The notes under the pieces were generated by a model. It made no database searches. It worked only from the letters and a program-made list of their open reading frames with translations, and had not been told where the DNA came from. Below, in pieces: positions 38,387 to 53,842 of a stretch of DNA of 64,000 bases. The first letter of the stretch is position 1, and each line of letters starts with the position of its first letter. A program made the translations under genes and the position numbers. Source of the DNA: Octopus vulgaris (Eukaryota); assembly GCA_951406725.2 (NCBI GenBank), contig OX597816.1, positions 124,434,001 through 124,498,000 of the forward strand, read 5' to 3'.

Positions 38387-39657
38387 TCATGTCATCCCAT
38401 AACTTCTGTCCGATTTTATCTTTTTTAAAATTGAATGAAATTTAATAGTATTTTAGAATGTCTAATGGAATTGAAAATTATTTTTATGCATTTGTGTACA
38501 TTTAAACTAATTAAATATTATTTTACAAAATAATAGGATTAAAATTCTTTGATTAAAACCCTTTCTAACATGGAAGTATCCAAAAAGCATTTGAGGCACA
38601 TAATGCTTTATGAGTAAAAAAAAAGGAAACTCTGCAGCCGAAGCGACTCGAAACATACACTCAGTTTATGGGAAGGAATTCTTGAATGAAAGAACTTGCA
38701 GAAGATGGTTTGCAAAATTTAGAAGTGGAGATTTCAGCCTTGAAGATGAAGATCGAACAGGACGTCCAGTTGAGTTTGATGATTTTTTGAATAAAATCCT
38801 GCGTTATCAGTTGAAGAATTGGCAATAAATCTTAGTTCAAACCATACAACTGCTCATCGTCATCTTCTAAAACTTGTAAAGGTTCCTAAACTTGGAAAAT
38901 GGATGCCTCATGAATTGTCCGAAAGCAACCGCAAATCTCGAGTTGACATCTACTCTTCTCTCAATTCTCGCGAACTCATTTCACCCTTTTTGGATAGACT
39001 TGTGACTGGTGACGAAAAATGGATCTTCTATCGAAATGGTAAACGTCGTAAACAGTAGCTTGGTAAAAGGGAAAATCTCAGCCACAACCGAGAAGGGAAC
39101 TTCATGGAAGAGAGGTTCTTCTCTATATCTGGTGTGATTGCAAAGGAGTAACTCACTTTGAATTGTTACCACCTAATGCAACAATCAATGCTCAAGTCTA
39201 CTGTATGCAATTAGAGCGTTTGAACCAAGCTTTGAAGAAAAACGAACCCGCATTAGCGAATCAAAAAGGAGTGATGTTTCGTCAGGACAATGCACGACCC
39301 CACACTGCAAAGATCACATCACAGGAGATCGAAGGGCTTGGCTGGGAAAAAATTCCTCATCCACCTTATTATCCCGACCATGTTCCTTCAGACTACCATT
39401 TGTTTTGTAGTTTACTGAATCATTTGGGGGACATAACTTTCGCAAGCCAGGAGGAGGTCAAAACTGACATTTCAGAATTCTTCGCTTGGAAACCAAATGA
39501 GTTCTGCATTGTTGGGATTAAAAAGCTCGTAAATAGATGTAGGGAAGTCATAGATAATCAGGTTAAGTACATTGATGATTAAATTTCAATTAAATATAAT
39601 ATTTAATGACTTGATTTCTTTATTCAAAATTCGGACAGAACTTATGGGATGACCTGA
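38387..39657 (+). mobile_element. Full-length mariner (DD34D) transposon, cecropia/mellifera-like, disabled
   Basis: TA|TCATGTCATCCCATAACTTCTGTCCGATTTT ... AAAATTCGGACAGAACTTATGGGATGACCTGA|TA; 1271 bp. Confidence 0.94.
38570..39582 (+). pseudogene. Mariner transposase pseudogene
   Basis: ATG at 38570 (MEVSKKHLRH), RTGRP, WMPHEL, TGDEKW, QDNARPH, YYPDHVPSDYHLF; stops and frameshifts split it into three ORFs. Confidence 0.92.
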
Positions 39658-39849
39658 TACACGGCTTCAACCCATTATTCTATGACCCAAAATGGAAGAT
39701 TCCACGCACAGGGAGTTGGCTTGCTGAAATGACGCTTCATCTCTTCCTTCATCCTAAGAAATCCACCTAACAATCATATGAAGGCCGAGCTGAAAAGAAA
39801 AAAAATCACCATCATCCGGACATACCGTATAGACAGAAATACTCATTTT

Positions 39850-42575
39850 CCTTCTTGCTTCCTGTACTATGGATGCTAAGGACATATTTTCCAATGGCTA
39901 CATAATCAATGTCGGTCTCTGCAGGCTTCCCCCCAAACTCCTCTATGGTGCTTTGAAGAGTGTCTGAATAATTTCAAGTCCTTTCTTCAAAATTACAACT
40001 CCGGTAAAATATTGTTGATGGACAATTTTAATCGCCGTTATGTGAAGTGTCTATAAATATTCTGAAGTTAGATAACTGAACTACCACAGACAAAGCAACA
40101 GCTGAATGTGCTAACTAACCCAACTTGTGCCTGAACCAACAAGACAAAACAAAGCAAAAACTATCTGAAACCTGATATTAACAAACCACTCTAGCGCTTG
40201 TCATAACATTCCAGTTGGAAAAGAAAAAAAAACTCTTCTCTCCGACCATGACATGGTACTCTGTAACATTAGTTTCCGGCATTCCAAAACCAAATTAGTC
40301 ACTCTCGTCTCAGTTCGATAATATGAATTTTCACAAAGCAGACTGGAGATCTGTCACTAATGGAATGGTATTCACACACAGTTCCTCTGATAGTGAAACA
40401 ATATGGCAGTGCTTTGATAATATTATCACTTGTACATGCTCAAATTATTCTCCTACGAAACTCATAAGCACCAGTAGAAACAGGCGCCTAAGGGAGAAAA
40501 AATATTCATCAGAAAAAATCAAAAGACTAAATTTAAAAACAAAACAACCAATTAAAATAATACTAGCTTCATTCACATTCAACAGCAATAAGAAAGTCTG
40601 TAAGGAAAAAACATCATCTGCAGAGCTGCATAAAAACATATAACGACTTCCAAAGAGCTGCAGAGTAAAACTGTGTAGCCAAAAATAAGCAAACAGAACG
40701 CTATAGTGTTATTTTCATGGGCCAACAAGCATAGAGCCGCTTCTCTCCCATTGGTCCACTGATAGACGATAACAACTTTCTCTATCACGATGCTAAAGAA
40801 AAAGCGGAAGTACTGCAGAAACAATATTGCTCTGTCTTTAGTGATGTCACTGATATTGATGCAAGGGGTCTGAACAAACTCACCCCCTAACATATTATAT
40901 CTGATTGAACTTTTACTGCCTCAGACATCATAGGCAGCAATACTCTGCAGTAGGTCCTGATAGATTCCACGCTAGTATCTTGAAGTAATGCAGACACCAT
41001 GTTACAACCCCTCTAACAAACCTCTAGAGAAATTCTTTAGGCTCGGGCTACATACCGAAACAGGTTTTGTCTCAATCTGTCATCCTGGACTTCAAAAAGG
41101 GAGACGGGTTTGTTGCAGTTAATTATCGCTCAATCTCACTCACCTTCCATAGCATCAAAGTGTTTGAAAGGATGGTAAAATTAAAGATAACTGGTTTTCC
41201 GGAGAGACACAACTTTCTAAATTCTTGCCAGTTTGGCTTTTGCCGCGGCAGGGATTGCCTAGCAGCCTTTACATCATATCAATGATGTCATTAAAGCTCT
41301 GGGATCAGGTTCGAACTCTGATGTCATATATCTTAATTTCAACAAAGCGTTCGACAGAGTCAATTGCAATATCCTCCTGTCAAAATTGTCCAATACTGAA
41401 ATCTGTGGTAAACTTCTACCCTGGATTAAGTATTTCCTGGTGAACAAAACACAAAATGCTATAATCGGTGGAATCCACTCGAGCCTAACAAAAGTCATCA
41501 GTGGTGTTCCCAGCGGACTGTTTTGGGTCCGCTTCTCTTTATAGTCTATATAAACTACGTCTCGAGCGCCATCAAACACAGCAAAATAAAAATATTCGCA
41601 GTTGACTCCAAGCTCCAGAAAATTATCAATGGAAACGAAGACCGAACCGAACTTCATCTGATATACATATTGTAAGCCACTACGTGCACTAAAGCAAGAT
41701 GCGGTTATATGAGGGAAAATTTGAACCTGTACACTTTGGAAAAATTAATGCGGTCAAACAACCATATTATGTTCCTTCAAAGGAACTACTCACAGCATCC
41801 GATAATTTTAGAGACTTAGGAAAATTGTTGATAACAATCTCGGCTGAGTCCCCACATCAACAATAAAGTCGCTATGGCTCGCAGGATGAACTCCTGTGTT
41901 CTCAGAATGTCTCACTATGAGAGCAAGATGGCATCGTTAAATTTTCTCCTCCTTTGTATGGCTACATCTACCATACTGCAGAGTCCTATGCACCCCATCC
42001 CAACAAAATACGACTGCGAATGAGTCATTCCAAACAGAAATCGCTAAAAAATAAAAGGAATGACTGATCTTGATTATTGGGACCATAGTAAAGCATTGAA
42101 ACTTTATTCGCTATAGCGCCACCGTGAGCGTTAGATCACTTTAATAATGTGGAAAATATACTAACAGCATTGCCCAAACGACCTTAACATCAAACTCAGA
42201 CTTTATTCAAGGCTGGAGCTACGTGCACCCCTTCCCATACACAATTTAGGCTTACAACACACAAATTCACTGCGATACAATTTCTCTTCTTCAACAGGGT
42301 CTGCTGTATTTAACACTATCCCTAAACAAATAAAAGAAAGAAAAGATTCCATTACCTTGAAACGAAATTAGGTTAAACTTCTTCAAGAGATACCAACTAA
42401 GCTACCTATACCTGGATACATCTCAGACAACAAAAGCTCACTACTTGAATGGGCCATGATTCTATTCAACTTCACTCTAAAATTACTTAATAGATCTTAT
42501 CAGGTGGTACTATTAAGTTAGTCATGGCTTGGGCCACTCTTTAGCCGAAACATATTTAAGTTACCTAAGATATAC
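39850..42575 (+). mobile_element. Old CR1-group LINE ORF2 remnant with 3' tail
   Basis: xDNFN (about 40020), LSDHD (about 40240), GPDRF, NYRSISLT, CQFGF, YLNFNKAFDRV, SGVPSG..LGPLLF, LKLYSLxRxRER; tail shared with the minus-strand copy at 15183-16430. Confidence 0.82.
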
Positions 42576-42601
42576 TGTCTGAATGTTTGTACCGGAATAC
42601 G

Positions 42602-42646
<45 letters not shown>

Positions 42647-42648
<2 letters not shown>

Positions 42649-42761
42649 GGCCTGCACGCTTAGCCAGCGGGGTGGCGTCATATTTGAAGGCTAAAACAAT
42701 GCGAAGCGCATTGTGACCAGCGATGTTTAGCAGCCTCTGATAGCCTGGTCGGTCACGTGAT

Positions 42762-42769
<8 letters not shown>
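42647..42769 (+). mobile_element. Short retroposon 3'-tail-like insert within (TA)n
   Basis: GC-rich block of about 120 bp ending in GTCACGTGATCACGTGA, bounded on both sides by (TA)n. Confidence 0.5.
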
Positions 42770-42808
<39 letters not shown>

Positions 42809-42950
42809 TATACAGATACATACATGCACGCACACACAATATGTATTACATGATCATTAATTGAACACTGTGTGCCTCTTGTAGCAAACGAGCTGACAAG
42901 CGCCTATTAAATACACTGTGCAGTATGAAGTGGTATATGAGTGCATAAGA

Positions 42951-43179
42951 CGGTGACCTGGCAGAAACGTTAACACGCCGGTCCAAATGCCTAGCGGTAT
43001 TTCATCTGCCGTTACGTTGTGAGTTCAAATTCCGTCGAGGTCGACTTTGCCTTTCATCCTTTCGGGGTCGATAAATTAAGTACTAGTTACGCACTGGGGT
43101 CGATGTAATCGACTTAATACCTATGTCTGTCCTTGTTTGTCCCCTCTGTGTTTAGCCCCTTGTGGGTAATAAAGAAATA
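42951..43179 (+). mobile_element. SINE family B with 19-bp TSD
   Basis: A-box-like TGGCAGAAACG, B-box GAGTTCAAATTCC, GAGGTCGACTTTGCCTTTCATCC; TSD GGTATATGAGTGCATAAGA at 42932-42950 and 43180-43198. Confidence 0.92.
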
Positions 43180-43300
43180 GGTATATGAGTGCATAAGATT
43201 TACAAGAGAATAACTGAATTTGAATAAATGGAAATATGGGCATATGTGTGTGTTTGTGCAAGTGTGTCTGCGTTTCTGTGTGAGCATGTGAGCGTGTGTG

Positions 43301-43348
<48 letters not shown>

Positions 43349-45155
43349 GTGTCTATATTATAGCGATCGGTTGAAATATTTCCTCTTAGATGTGTGCCCA
43401 AGTAAATTTAAATGGAAATTCGTAAATGTTTGTGTTCCTTTATTTGTAAATGTAGCTTTGTTGTTGCTTTGGTATCCTGCTACCCATTTGATTATTGTTT
43501 AAGTAGTATGACTGAATAATATTTAGATGGAACGTAAGAAAATGGTAACATTATTACTTCAAAGTGGTACGGTAATACTTTTGGTCAGGATATACAGTGT
43601 TTTATGCAACATGTGCGCGTATGCAAATATGCTTGTGTATGTTTGTGCAGCAGGTTGGAGAGAGTAAGATGACAGGATTTAAGGTTACACCCAAACCAAT
43701 TTATTTTAAATTGCAAATATGTATATGTAACTTTACAAGAATCTTATGTGAAATAACAAGAAAAAAAAATTTGCATTGAAGTTTTTCAATGTAAAATTCA
43801 ACAAGCTGTACATAATGCAAAGTGAAAATTTGTAAAGCAAGAAATTTTGAATATGAAGTGATTTCCTTCGTTCTAGCGCAGTGGTGCTAACGAATAGCCT
43901 GTAAGTGTGAAGATGTAATTCTATAGCTCAAAGTAATGCGTAAAACCTATGTGGCATTATAGGGTTAGCAAGTTATTCCAGTTATAATAATCGTAGTGGG
44001 ATTTATGTTAGGCTTTATATTAGCGTTTTTATATACGCTTGAGTCGTTGTAGCGTAAATGTCTGGTTTTTGAATTTTTAATATAGTCGTTAGGAATGGTT
44101 GCGTGATGGTGGTGGGGGAGGCCAGGAGCTTAAGCTGGTGAATGTGTCGTAATGGTATTGTTGATATATTGTTGTTATGTTTTGAGGTGGATGATGTGTT
44201 GGGATTGAGGACGATAGGTAAATAAACGATCCATATTAGCTACGTTAGATTTGTTGTTTGGTTCGGACTGAGCGACGATTGACGATTTGTAATTTAAATC
44301 GTTACATGTGTGGATAAGGAGGAATGCTCGTTTTCCTTGTTCGGGCTATATTTTCCCGCTTGAAGAAAAGGAAAAGAAATCACAAAATTCAAAAATAAAA
44401 GTATTTTTAAAAATTCATAAAATGTCAACTAGATTATGTCTGGGCAATAACAGTTTACCCAAATTACCGCCCTCAGAATGTTAATCTTAACTTTAATTTT
44501 AATTTAATTTTCTTAATCGTTCTTTTCTCTTTACATATTCCATATTAGTACATATTTTTGATAAATTTTTCAAAAACTGAAACATGTAAAAGGATAATTA
44601 AACTCTACACAATTTTAAGAAAGTAGCATTTTCGTTCTTGTTTTTCATATATATATAAATATCAATGGAAGAATGATTTATCCTTTGTTTACAGTTAACA
44701 CGGAAAATTCAATAAACAGTTACCAGGGTAGCAAAATTCACGCAAGTAACAAGGGTGTAGCGACCTATTCAAAGGTAGAAAATCCAGGTTAATGTGCAGT
44801 AATTTCTATAGTATAAGTAAATAAATGGAGTTGACCGCAGGTGTTATTCAAATTCTTTTACTTTTTACATATGTTTCAAAGACAACATTGGTTTTATTCC
44901 AAAGGAATAAACGGTGTAAAGTGATGTAATCTTCTCATCAGGAAAGAAAGAGAACCTATCTCAACAACAAGACATTATAGCAATTTTGATAACTGCATAA
45001 ATGATAAACTGAACGCTATTAGTATTTAAAAAAAAACCGTTAGTAGATCTGACATCAAAGGCAAACCATAGGAAGAGAAAGTGTAAGCAAATAATAAGTA
45101 GAGAAAAAATAAAGAGGGATATATTGGTTGAAAAAATGCTCAAAAGCTTAGAAGT

Positions 45156-45403
45156 AGATTTCTCTAATGAAGTAAAGTGCAAGGTGAACTAAATGTTCGA
45201 ACTATACAGACTGGTATAAATCACTTATATTGGCTACAGTTATGGTTCTGCCAGTGCTTACATTTGTAAGATCGCTTTATAAGTGTGTTAACAAGGTGAT
45301 TGTCTTCTCTAAGAATCACCTTTAGCACATATAAGTGATTTATACCAGTCTGTATAGTTTGAACATTTAGTTCACCTTGCACTTTACTTCATTAGAGAAA
45401 TCT
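45156..45403. repeat. 75-bp inverted repeat (1 mismatch) with 98-nt spacer
   Basis: 45156-45230 versus 45329-45403 by direct reading. Confidence 0.92.
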
Positions 45404-46951
45404 GCCAGACACGCAGTACAACAGCAGAACTTCAGATAGAAAGCCCAAAGAACAAGACAAGCAGAAGTTAGATCCCAACCATACATACATGGGGAATGGA
45501 AAAGAAGTTCCTTCAATTATGACGGTTGATATTACTTCGCCTTTAAAAATGTATTTTCAATCGGTACCACTTCCAAACTTTATTTCAAATTCTCATTGAC
45601 GAATACACAATTCAATCGAGAGAAAATGTACGCCGTCTCAATACATGAAATTGTTGGCATAATGAATGCTAAGCTACTTTGCAAAAGCGATATTATTCTG
45701 AAATACAACGTTAACAATATCAAAACTATAGAAGCTATAATGCGTTACAATATAATAGTTTCAAGTGAAATAAAACTCTTTTCACATTCACTTAAACCTA
45801 TATCGTTATTTAATACGCTGAATTTGATAACTGCCATATACACAAGTAAATACTGAAATATACTATCCATAATGAGTACTTATTTTTATGGCAGTGCTTC
45901 ATTGAGCACTGAACTACTATAAATGTAGTGGAAAACATTTATATTACATGAAAATTAGCTTTTCAAGAGAAATCTAATAATGCTTTAGTAACATTGATGT
46001 ACCTTCATTGAGAATAACTCTGCATATACACACATATGTTTCTATAAATACAAACACAAACAAATGCCAAATATATTTTGACAAAGCCCTTTTTTAGAGG
46101 TAAGAAAGGCTAAAGGCGTGCCTGGATAAATCCAAGATTTATCAAATCAATTCAATGTAATATTTTAGTTTAGAATTGTAGCCCAGGTGTATCTTATTGC
46201 AATATAGGAATGACTTTGCTATAGAATTACGATGCAAAGGACAATATTTCCCGAATGACAGTTACAGATAGATGGAAGATTTCAATTAATTGGATGAAAG
46301 ATCCGTTTGCCATTGTAATTTCTGATGGAACTATCAGTTTTTACAAAGAGATTAGCTCACCTTAATCTAATTTCTGTTGAAAATTTTATGGTACTCGTAA
46401 TTCGTTGGATAATTATAGGAGATAAAACAAAGAATCTCTTTTTCTGTATTTGCTTTTAAGCGTTCTTTGATCTCAGATATCTCTATTTGCTGTTTTGTTT
46501 CAGTTCAGAAGTATTTGTGTTTTCTTTTTTCTCTGTTGTCATTTCACTATTAATTTCATTTAGGATTCAGAGATCTTTTTCGTTCATTTTATATCGTTTC
46601 CTGAATATATGTTTTCTATGTAGTTTTCTTGAATGAAATTCGTATGTGAGAAGATCTGCGCGAGTACCCAATATTCCTTGTTAGAACGGTGGCCGCTGCA
46701 GCATATATTTTGTTTCAATATCTAGCGATATTAAATACTTGTTTGTATTCATTAAATCTTTGCTGGCCAGGTTTACATTTTTATTGTGTTTACTATCTTA
46801 TCATTCACCAATATGCTTTGTAAGTGCTTTCGTAGCTCCGTAAGATCTATTGTTTAAAATTCTTTAATTATTTCCGCATTTAAATTGTCTTGTTTATGAT
46901 ATTCAACTTTAGGATTTTCTATTCTTAAATCTTCTTCAGTTAATATTTCCT

Positions 46952-46998
46952 ATTATTATTATTATTATTATTGTTGTTGTTGTTGTTGTTGTTATCAC

Positions 46999-47091
<93 letters not shown>
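46952..47091. repeat. (ATT)n/(GTT)n microsatellite
   Basis: Direct reading. Confidence 0.95.
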
Positions 47092-47788
47092 CGTTGAGGA
47101 AATGAAAGGAGTCTTTTGCAAAGCACCTGTTAAAAAAGGAGTTTTAAGGGAATTCTCGATTGGAAAATTTTTTAGCGCATGTTCTTTCCCCTTTAGAATG
47201 TTAACAAAAACCTTTTGAATTAATTAATGTATGCCTCATATGCAGTTCATGAAATGCTGTTTTGTTTTCTTTAAAAGCGATTTTTGGAAAGTTCCCATTT
47301 GCATTGTTGTTTATACTTAAAGGCACATTAATATTTGCAGAAGATACTCATCACAAAAAGTTGTAGTAGCCTCAATAGTGAAACATTTAACTTTTCCTAA
47401 TTTAAAAACAAAAGATGAATAAAAACGCTTTAAAACACCTTTGACAAATATGACAGCAAAACAAACCAAACGGAATGAAGTACAATTATAGCTGCATATT
47501 AAAAAGGAAAAAAGTGTTGAAAACTTTAATTTAAATAATAAAATGAGTAGAAACGGTAACTAAATCGTCACCATCAAAAGGGACGACTACAAAAGCATTT
47601 TTGCCACTATTATCAGGATAGGAATGTACTGGGTATGATCAATCTGCGGATGGAAAAAAAAACATAGACAAGATATGTTGCAAGTATGAATGCTTAGTTG
47701 CTCGACATAGAAAGAGAAATCAGGAGCCACGATCAATGCGTAAAGCACATGTACTTTGAATTGGGACATGGCAAGTAGAATATTTACA

Positions 47789-48165
<377 letters not shown>

Positions 48166-48299
48166 AGTAGAATAATGTCTGATAGTTAAAACTGTGGATA
48201 AGATGAGAAGGGAGGCAGGACAAGAAAGCTATATATAGGCCCAGAAGCCTGTGTCGCAGTACATGGGCAAGAAAACATGACGAACATGTCCAGGGGCAT

Positions 48300-51200
48300 T
48301 GATGCTGATGTAAACACTTGTCACCTTATCTCCACTATGCGGGTCAGAGATGAACACAGAATTCACTAACAACAATATGAAATATCTAATGAGATCAGTG
48401 CATGAGTTTTCGGGTAATAATATCTGTCAAAGACAACTAGAGTATTTCGGAAGTGGACCGAAGTATAATCAAAATGGTGGATGCCAGAAAGCCATTTTAC
48501 TATACGAAGAACGAATAATCGCGCAAAAACACTTCAGGGTATTATTTCTAGAAAGGTAAAAGTAAAGACGGGGAGAATAGTGATAGGACAGACATTAGAG
48601 ACGACATCTAATTCTCTGAAGTGTGATTGGCGGAAAGATAACGGCCTCTGTTGCCATCGCAACATCGTTACTTTATCGTCAGTATGATGTACACCAGGAA
48701 CCGACACAGTAGAGTACCGAAATCCTAAAAGTCCACTCCCAGTGTAGAATCGGCCATAGGCACGGAACAGCAATTCCAGCTAAATGAAATGGAAACTGTC
48801 AGAGAGAAGAGAAAAACAAAATTATGAGCTAAAAACAAAGAGACTGGAAATCGTCCATGAAAAGTTGTATTCCCGGAATGATAAAACAAACCTAACGGAA
48901 TTGACGAAACGGCTAAGAGCAGAAATACGGTATTACTTGGGGAACATATGGTGACGGAATCGCCAACCCCACAAAATTGAAATAATTACTATCAAAACAG
49001 ATACAGCCAACAGTACAAATGCCAGCAAATATCATACATAAAAAGCAAAAACAATAGTAGGAAATAAATATAAACTTCCCTGCCATGAAGACGAACAGAA
49101 AGGCACTGATAGAACACATACATTAATATACAGACATCTCTCAGAGTGATTTCATCACACCAATACACATAAAACTCATTAAAACAACATAAAATACACA
49201 CAACGTCATATAAAACAAATACCCTGATAGAAAAGGGGACTTCAAAAAGTACATCAGCAAAAGACTTTATAAGGAACTTCTTTTGGGAACACCCATATTT
49301 AACTAACGTGGACTGTGCATCTATCCCTCTTCCCACCAAATTGCCTCCCCCCAGAATAGGTTGTATAAATGCATGTAAATGGGGTCGTCTTGGAAGTAGG
49401 TGGCTCCAGACCACATAACATACATGTGATGGCCTCAGTGAGACAAAAGTTTTAGATTAATCATCGTTCGTACCCACTTTTGGTAGGCACGAGATCTACT
49501 TATTTCCAAAGTGACCGGCATTGGGAGATGGTATCGCTTTCTTATTTCGGAAAGGTTTCAAAATACGGATCCAGAGGTTAATTTTGTCGTCATGGATATG
49601 AGCAGTAGCGAAGCGTGTACTTTCAGACTAGTAGCTGTTTATGTTTCGACAGGGCCGGGAGAGCCGAATTTCTTTAGACGTCTGAAGATTCTCCTGAAAA
49701 CGTCGTCCTCTATAGGGCTATCCACCCAATGGAAAACTATCTTGGATGCACTTTTGGATTGTGATGAGCTAGCCGATAAAAGAAGGTGAATATAAAAGAC
49801 TTACAAAGCAGCTCAGGTGTTTCCAACTGTTTGGAAGATACCGACTAGATTTTGCGAATGTGCCAAATTAAAGCATAGGAAACCGCACTGGATCATCCAC
49901 GCCGTATCTAGACAGACTAGCATTTAGACCAGTAGATTATCCACAATTTAAAGTCATCGGTTACAGAGGCCACTGATTTATGATCAGCTACGTCAGCCTA
50001 AATAGGTTGCATAGACTGGGACCAGATTACCGGAATTTGAACGGGTTTCTTGTGGCACGCCAAGTTTACAAGGACTGGGTAGTGAAATAGTTAAGGGGTA
50101 TTAGCAGCAGCAACAAATGGTGGCACGCCCTAAAAAATGCAATTAAAGTAGAATCATTTAAGTTTAGTTAGAAAATACCTACAAAATAGAATAGAAGTAG
50201 AGTTTACTAGAAACTTAGAAAAGGTTTTCAAAAAAGGCATCGCAACCGACGTGCTAATGGCGAGATTAGTCCTTGACTGATTTTTCAGATGTATGCATGG
50301 AAGCTGCGGCGTTATAGCTAAGGTGCACGTTCTAAGTCTCGAGAGAACGAAAGCTCTCCTATTGGCCTGAGTGGTAGAAGTACCATATGTCAACATATCC
50401 CCAAATTAATCTTTGACAGACCATGATGGGAGCCTGGTAGTCTTTTCTGCAGCATTTCGACCAGCTGTTCAGGACGAGTGACGGACTGGATCTCAAAATA
50501 GACGTCAACATCTACCTCGAAGGCCTGTCATACTGCTCAGGAAGGTAAGCGTACAGCTGTAAAAAGTCATATAACAGCTGCAGAAGTTTGAACAGAAGTG
50601 GTCAGTCGTACGGTGAAAAAATATCCTCCTGATGTCGATTGTTTGCCATACAGCTATAATTTTGCATGTCAGACTTGTTTGGAGACCTTTTAACCAAAGT
50701 CTACTGCAACTGGCAGCAGAACAGAAGAAACTCTAGTCCAGTAAGTCGAGTAACAGTGGCACCACTGATAAAGGCTTTAAAAAAGGAGGATCATTTAGAC
50801 AAATTTAGTCTCGTAAATATTCTGAAGGAAGCTTTCAAGGATTTGGTTAAGGTTCTTGCAAAATGTTAGCATTAGTCGATGGTCTGATTAGTGAGGGTGG
50901 GTAAGAAATCTGGTATTGGCAGGGCACTAATAAATGTAGAGCAAACGAAATTCTTTCGTTGATTCGACCACGAATACTTGGCAGCTGTCGGACTCTGTGT
51001 TATATTTTACAGTTGAATCACCACAATGCACAGAAACAACTGCACAATACATTGAGTGTGTGTTCATCAATCAAAACTATCCTGTATCATATGCACAGCC
51101 CGTCGGGTTTATCTCTTCTTGTCTTTTCTGTATTTACCAATTCTAAAACCAAAACTGGGGAAACTAGAAAACTGGAAAGACATTCGCGTGAAATAGGAAG

Positions 51201-52090
51201 TGGAAGAACAGTGCCAACATACGCAGACGACGTTACATACAATATTATGAGAAACTAGGAGATGCTGACAAGAGCAGAACTCAACAACGGAAAAACAGTG
51301 GGCTTGTTCGGCTCCTACAGAGGTATGCCCATGCCGTCGAATAGCGTTGTAGGATGATGGATGGACGAACCGCTAAAATTGCTTGAGGTTTGGTTTGGTC
51401 GAGATCTCATGGTGGAGAAGAACGAGGACGAGGTAGCGAGAAGGGTAATCAATCTCACCCAATGGGACGAGGGAAGGCTATCCCTAAAAGTTCGGGCAGA
51501 TATGATGAATGCTTACATGGCCTCCGTAATATATTACCGCCTGATTTACCCCACTTCATATCTGACAGGACTGGAGCACATGTTCTTCTATTTTCTGTGG
51601 GAAGAACGCATTCCACTAGTCAGATGCTCATTTTACTGCGATCAGTAGTTGAATGAAAATTAAGCAAGCTGTGGCTGATGATATGCAGACATGCTGTGAC
51701 ATCTGCAGCATGTGTTTGGCAGAGTAGCAGTCCTGGATCAAGGGTAGATTGAGGATTGTGAAATGGTCTGTTTCAGAGGTCTCTCGTGCTGAGAATCATT
51801 GATGACTTCCAAAAATCTTTAGTTTAACAGTACTATTGGGGTGGAGGGCGGAGATAGACATCACAGGCACAAAAGTGCTGACGGCTGGACGATGCCTTGA
51901 AATGCGCATGGAACGAGGAATACGTTCGGCATGCATTCGTAGACTGAAAGAAGACAACAAAGAGAAGGCATTTGTATTAGTGGACATTGTGGCCGTGCTT
52001 TTGTGATGTTTCCATGAGTAGGCCTCGGTGTATTCCTCAACTGGGGAATTATGCATTGTTGAAATTATAATTACTCGCACCTCTCTGTAA
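48300..52090 (+). mobile_element. Decayed Tx1/L1-clade LINE (ORF1 traces and ORF2)
   Basis: IGCINAC (about 49355), FRLVAVY, GPDYRNLN (about 50018, cf. GxWKLN), VYCNWQQN, TYADDVT (about 51220), LEVWFGRDL..EKN, RLSLKVRA..NAYMASVIYYRL. Confidence 0.75.
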
Positions 52091-52156
52091 TCATACACTG
52101 TGTCTTTCTGAAATGTTAGGTGTTTTTGTTTTGCGGAGTCTTATTTTTTGATAAAG

Positions 52157-52950
<794 letters not shown>

Positions 52951-53630
52951 AGAATCATAACCATCATTATCATCAACATCATCATCATCATCATCATCAT
53001 TATCATCATCATCATCAAAACTTAGAAAGCTTGATGGGTGGTAGGAAAATATGAGATGACTCATATCTGCATCTCTTTTTGTTCTGAATCCAATTATTGT
53101 TATGGTTGACTTTGATATTCAAATTTCCAGAGTCAATAAAACAACTATCTTTGATGTAAAGGGTCAATTTTATTGACTGCGCTTTCCTCCCTAATTCTGT
53201 AACTCAATACAATCTTTTTCTTTTCTGTTTTGCTTTTGTTTTTATAGAAATCATTATCATAACTTTTAGGCTAGAAATAAAAGAAACCTGGAAAGTTTAG
53301 ATAGCTGGAAATCTTATTTATTTCTTTGTTTGTTTTTTTATGTAAACCCATGATATCACTTATTCGTACAACACAATTCCTTTATATATCACTTCTCTGC
53401 ATTTTCTAAAAGATTTCTGTGTTTCTAATTCCTTTCATTTTGACTAACAAAAAGTATTCCTTTTAACAATATAATCAGTTGTATGTGTTGGAGATTATAT
53501 CGTTTGAATATATTAAAATGGCTTTAAGAGATGTTCGTATATCTTCCTTTTCTCGTCTAGCTTTATCTTGAGCATGATCCTCGATGTCATTTTTTACTTT
53601 CATCAACACCATAATGATAATAACCATTAT

Positions 53631-53703
53631 CTCTTCCTTCTTCTTCTTCTTCTTCTTCTTCTTCTTCTTCTTCTTCTTCTTCTTCTTCTTCTTCTTCTTC
53701 TTC
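53631..53703. repeat. (TTC)n microsatellite
   Basis: Direct reading. Confidence 0.95.
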
Positions 53704-53779
53704 TCATTTTTGTTTCTCTTGTTTTATACGCGTCTGTATGAACATCCTAAAATCCTAATGCCTTTACATTTCCTTATAA

Positions 53780-53842
<63 letters not shown>

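Noticed and set aside
43900-44360. Possible Penelope N-terminal remnant on the minus strand
   Set aside because: Composition is suggestive but no diagnostic motif was found.
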